From assembly GCF_016433145.1 (NCBI RefSeq), contig NC_058132.1, positions 598,380,339 to 598,444,338 on the forward strand: a DNA stretch of 64,000 nt, written 5' to 3'. The notes under the pieces were generated by a model that saw nothing but the letters and a program-made list of their open reading frames with translations, was not told the DNA's origin and searched no databases. Below are positions 63,745-64,000 of the stretch, in pieces. Position numbers and translations under genes: made by a program. Position 1 is the stretch's first letter; each line of letters opens with the position of its first letter. This DNA is from Gracilinanus agilis (taxonomy: Eukaryota).

Positions 63745-63967
63745 TTTCTTCTTTTTTAAAAAAACCCTCACCTTCTGCCTTGGAGCCAAGGCTCCAAGGC
63801 AGAAGAGTGGTAAGGGCTAGGCAATGGGGGGGTGGGGGTGGAGAGGGGGAGTGTCAAGTGACTTGCCCAGGGTCAAACAGCTAGGAAGTGTCTGAGGTCA
63901 AATTTGAACCTAGGACCTCCAGTCTCTAGGCCTGGCTCTCAATCCACTGAGCTACCCAGCTGCCCCC
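63745..63967 (-). mobile_element. Young SINE1_Mdo-type SINE with an internal G-rich insertion
   Basis: TSD tctttctttaattctt; ends gagctacccagctgcccc. Confidence 0.93.
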
Positions 63968-64000
63968 TCTTTCTTTAATTCTTAACAAGTTTAGGGGCTG

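Noticed and set aside
449-63967. tRNA-like A/B boxes
   Set aside because: All are SINE heads; no cloverleaf tRNA gene seen.

Overview
This is non-coding, AT-rich, CpG-depleted, transposon-dense mammalian DNA. The repeat families point to a marsupial, most likely the opossum Monodelphis domestica (young SINE1_Mdo-type SINEs, MAR1-type SINEs, L1_Mdo-type 3' ends, RTE and CR1/L3 relics, hAT/Charlie MITEs). I recognise no intact protein-coding gene; the supplied ORFs are TE fragments, low-complexity sequence or chance. Supported features: many SINE, L1, L2, CR1 and RTE relics, five solo LTRs, several hAT MITEs with 8-bp TSDs, a decayed 7SL RNA copy (5873-6157, minus), and one CpG/GC-rich island (~25.7-26.6 kb) with a possible first exon. 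The most unusual structures are: (i) a 184-bp composite of two inverted 59-bp hAT mini-MITEs with a single outer TSD, inserted just upstream of an L1 ORF1; (ii) a hAT MITE family whose two copies reconstruct a consensus CTCF motif; (iii) an L1 keeping both ends but lacking the RT region; (iv) a twin-primed inverted L1. Family names come from recall of consensus sequences, not from a database search. Boundaries without a stated TSD are approximate.
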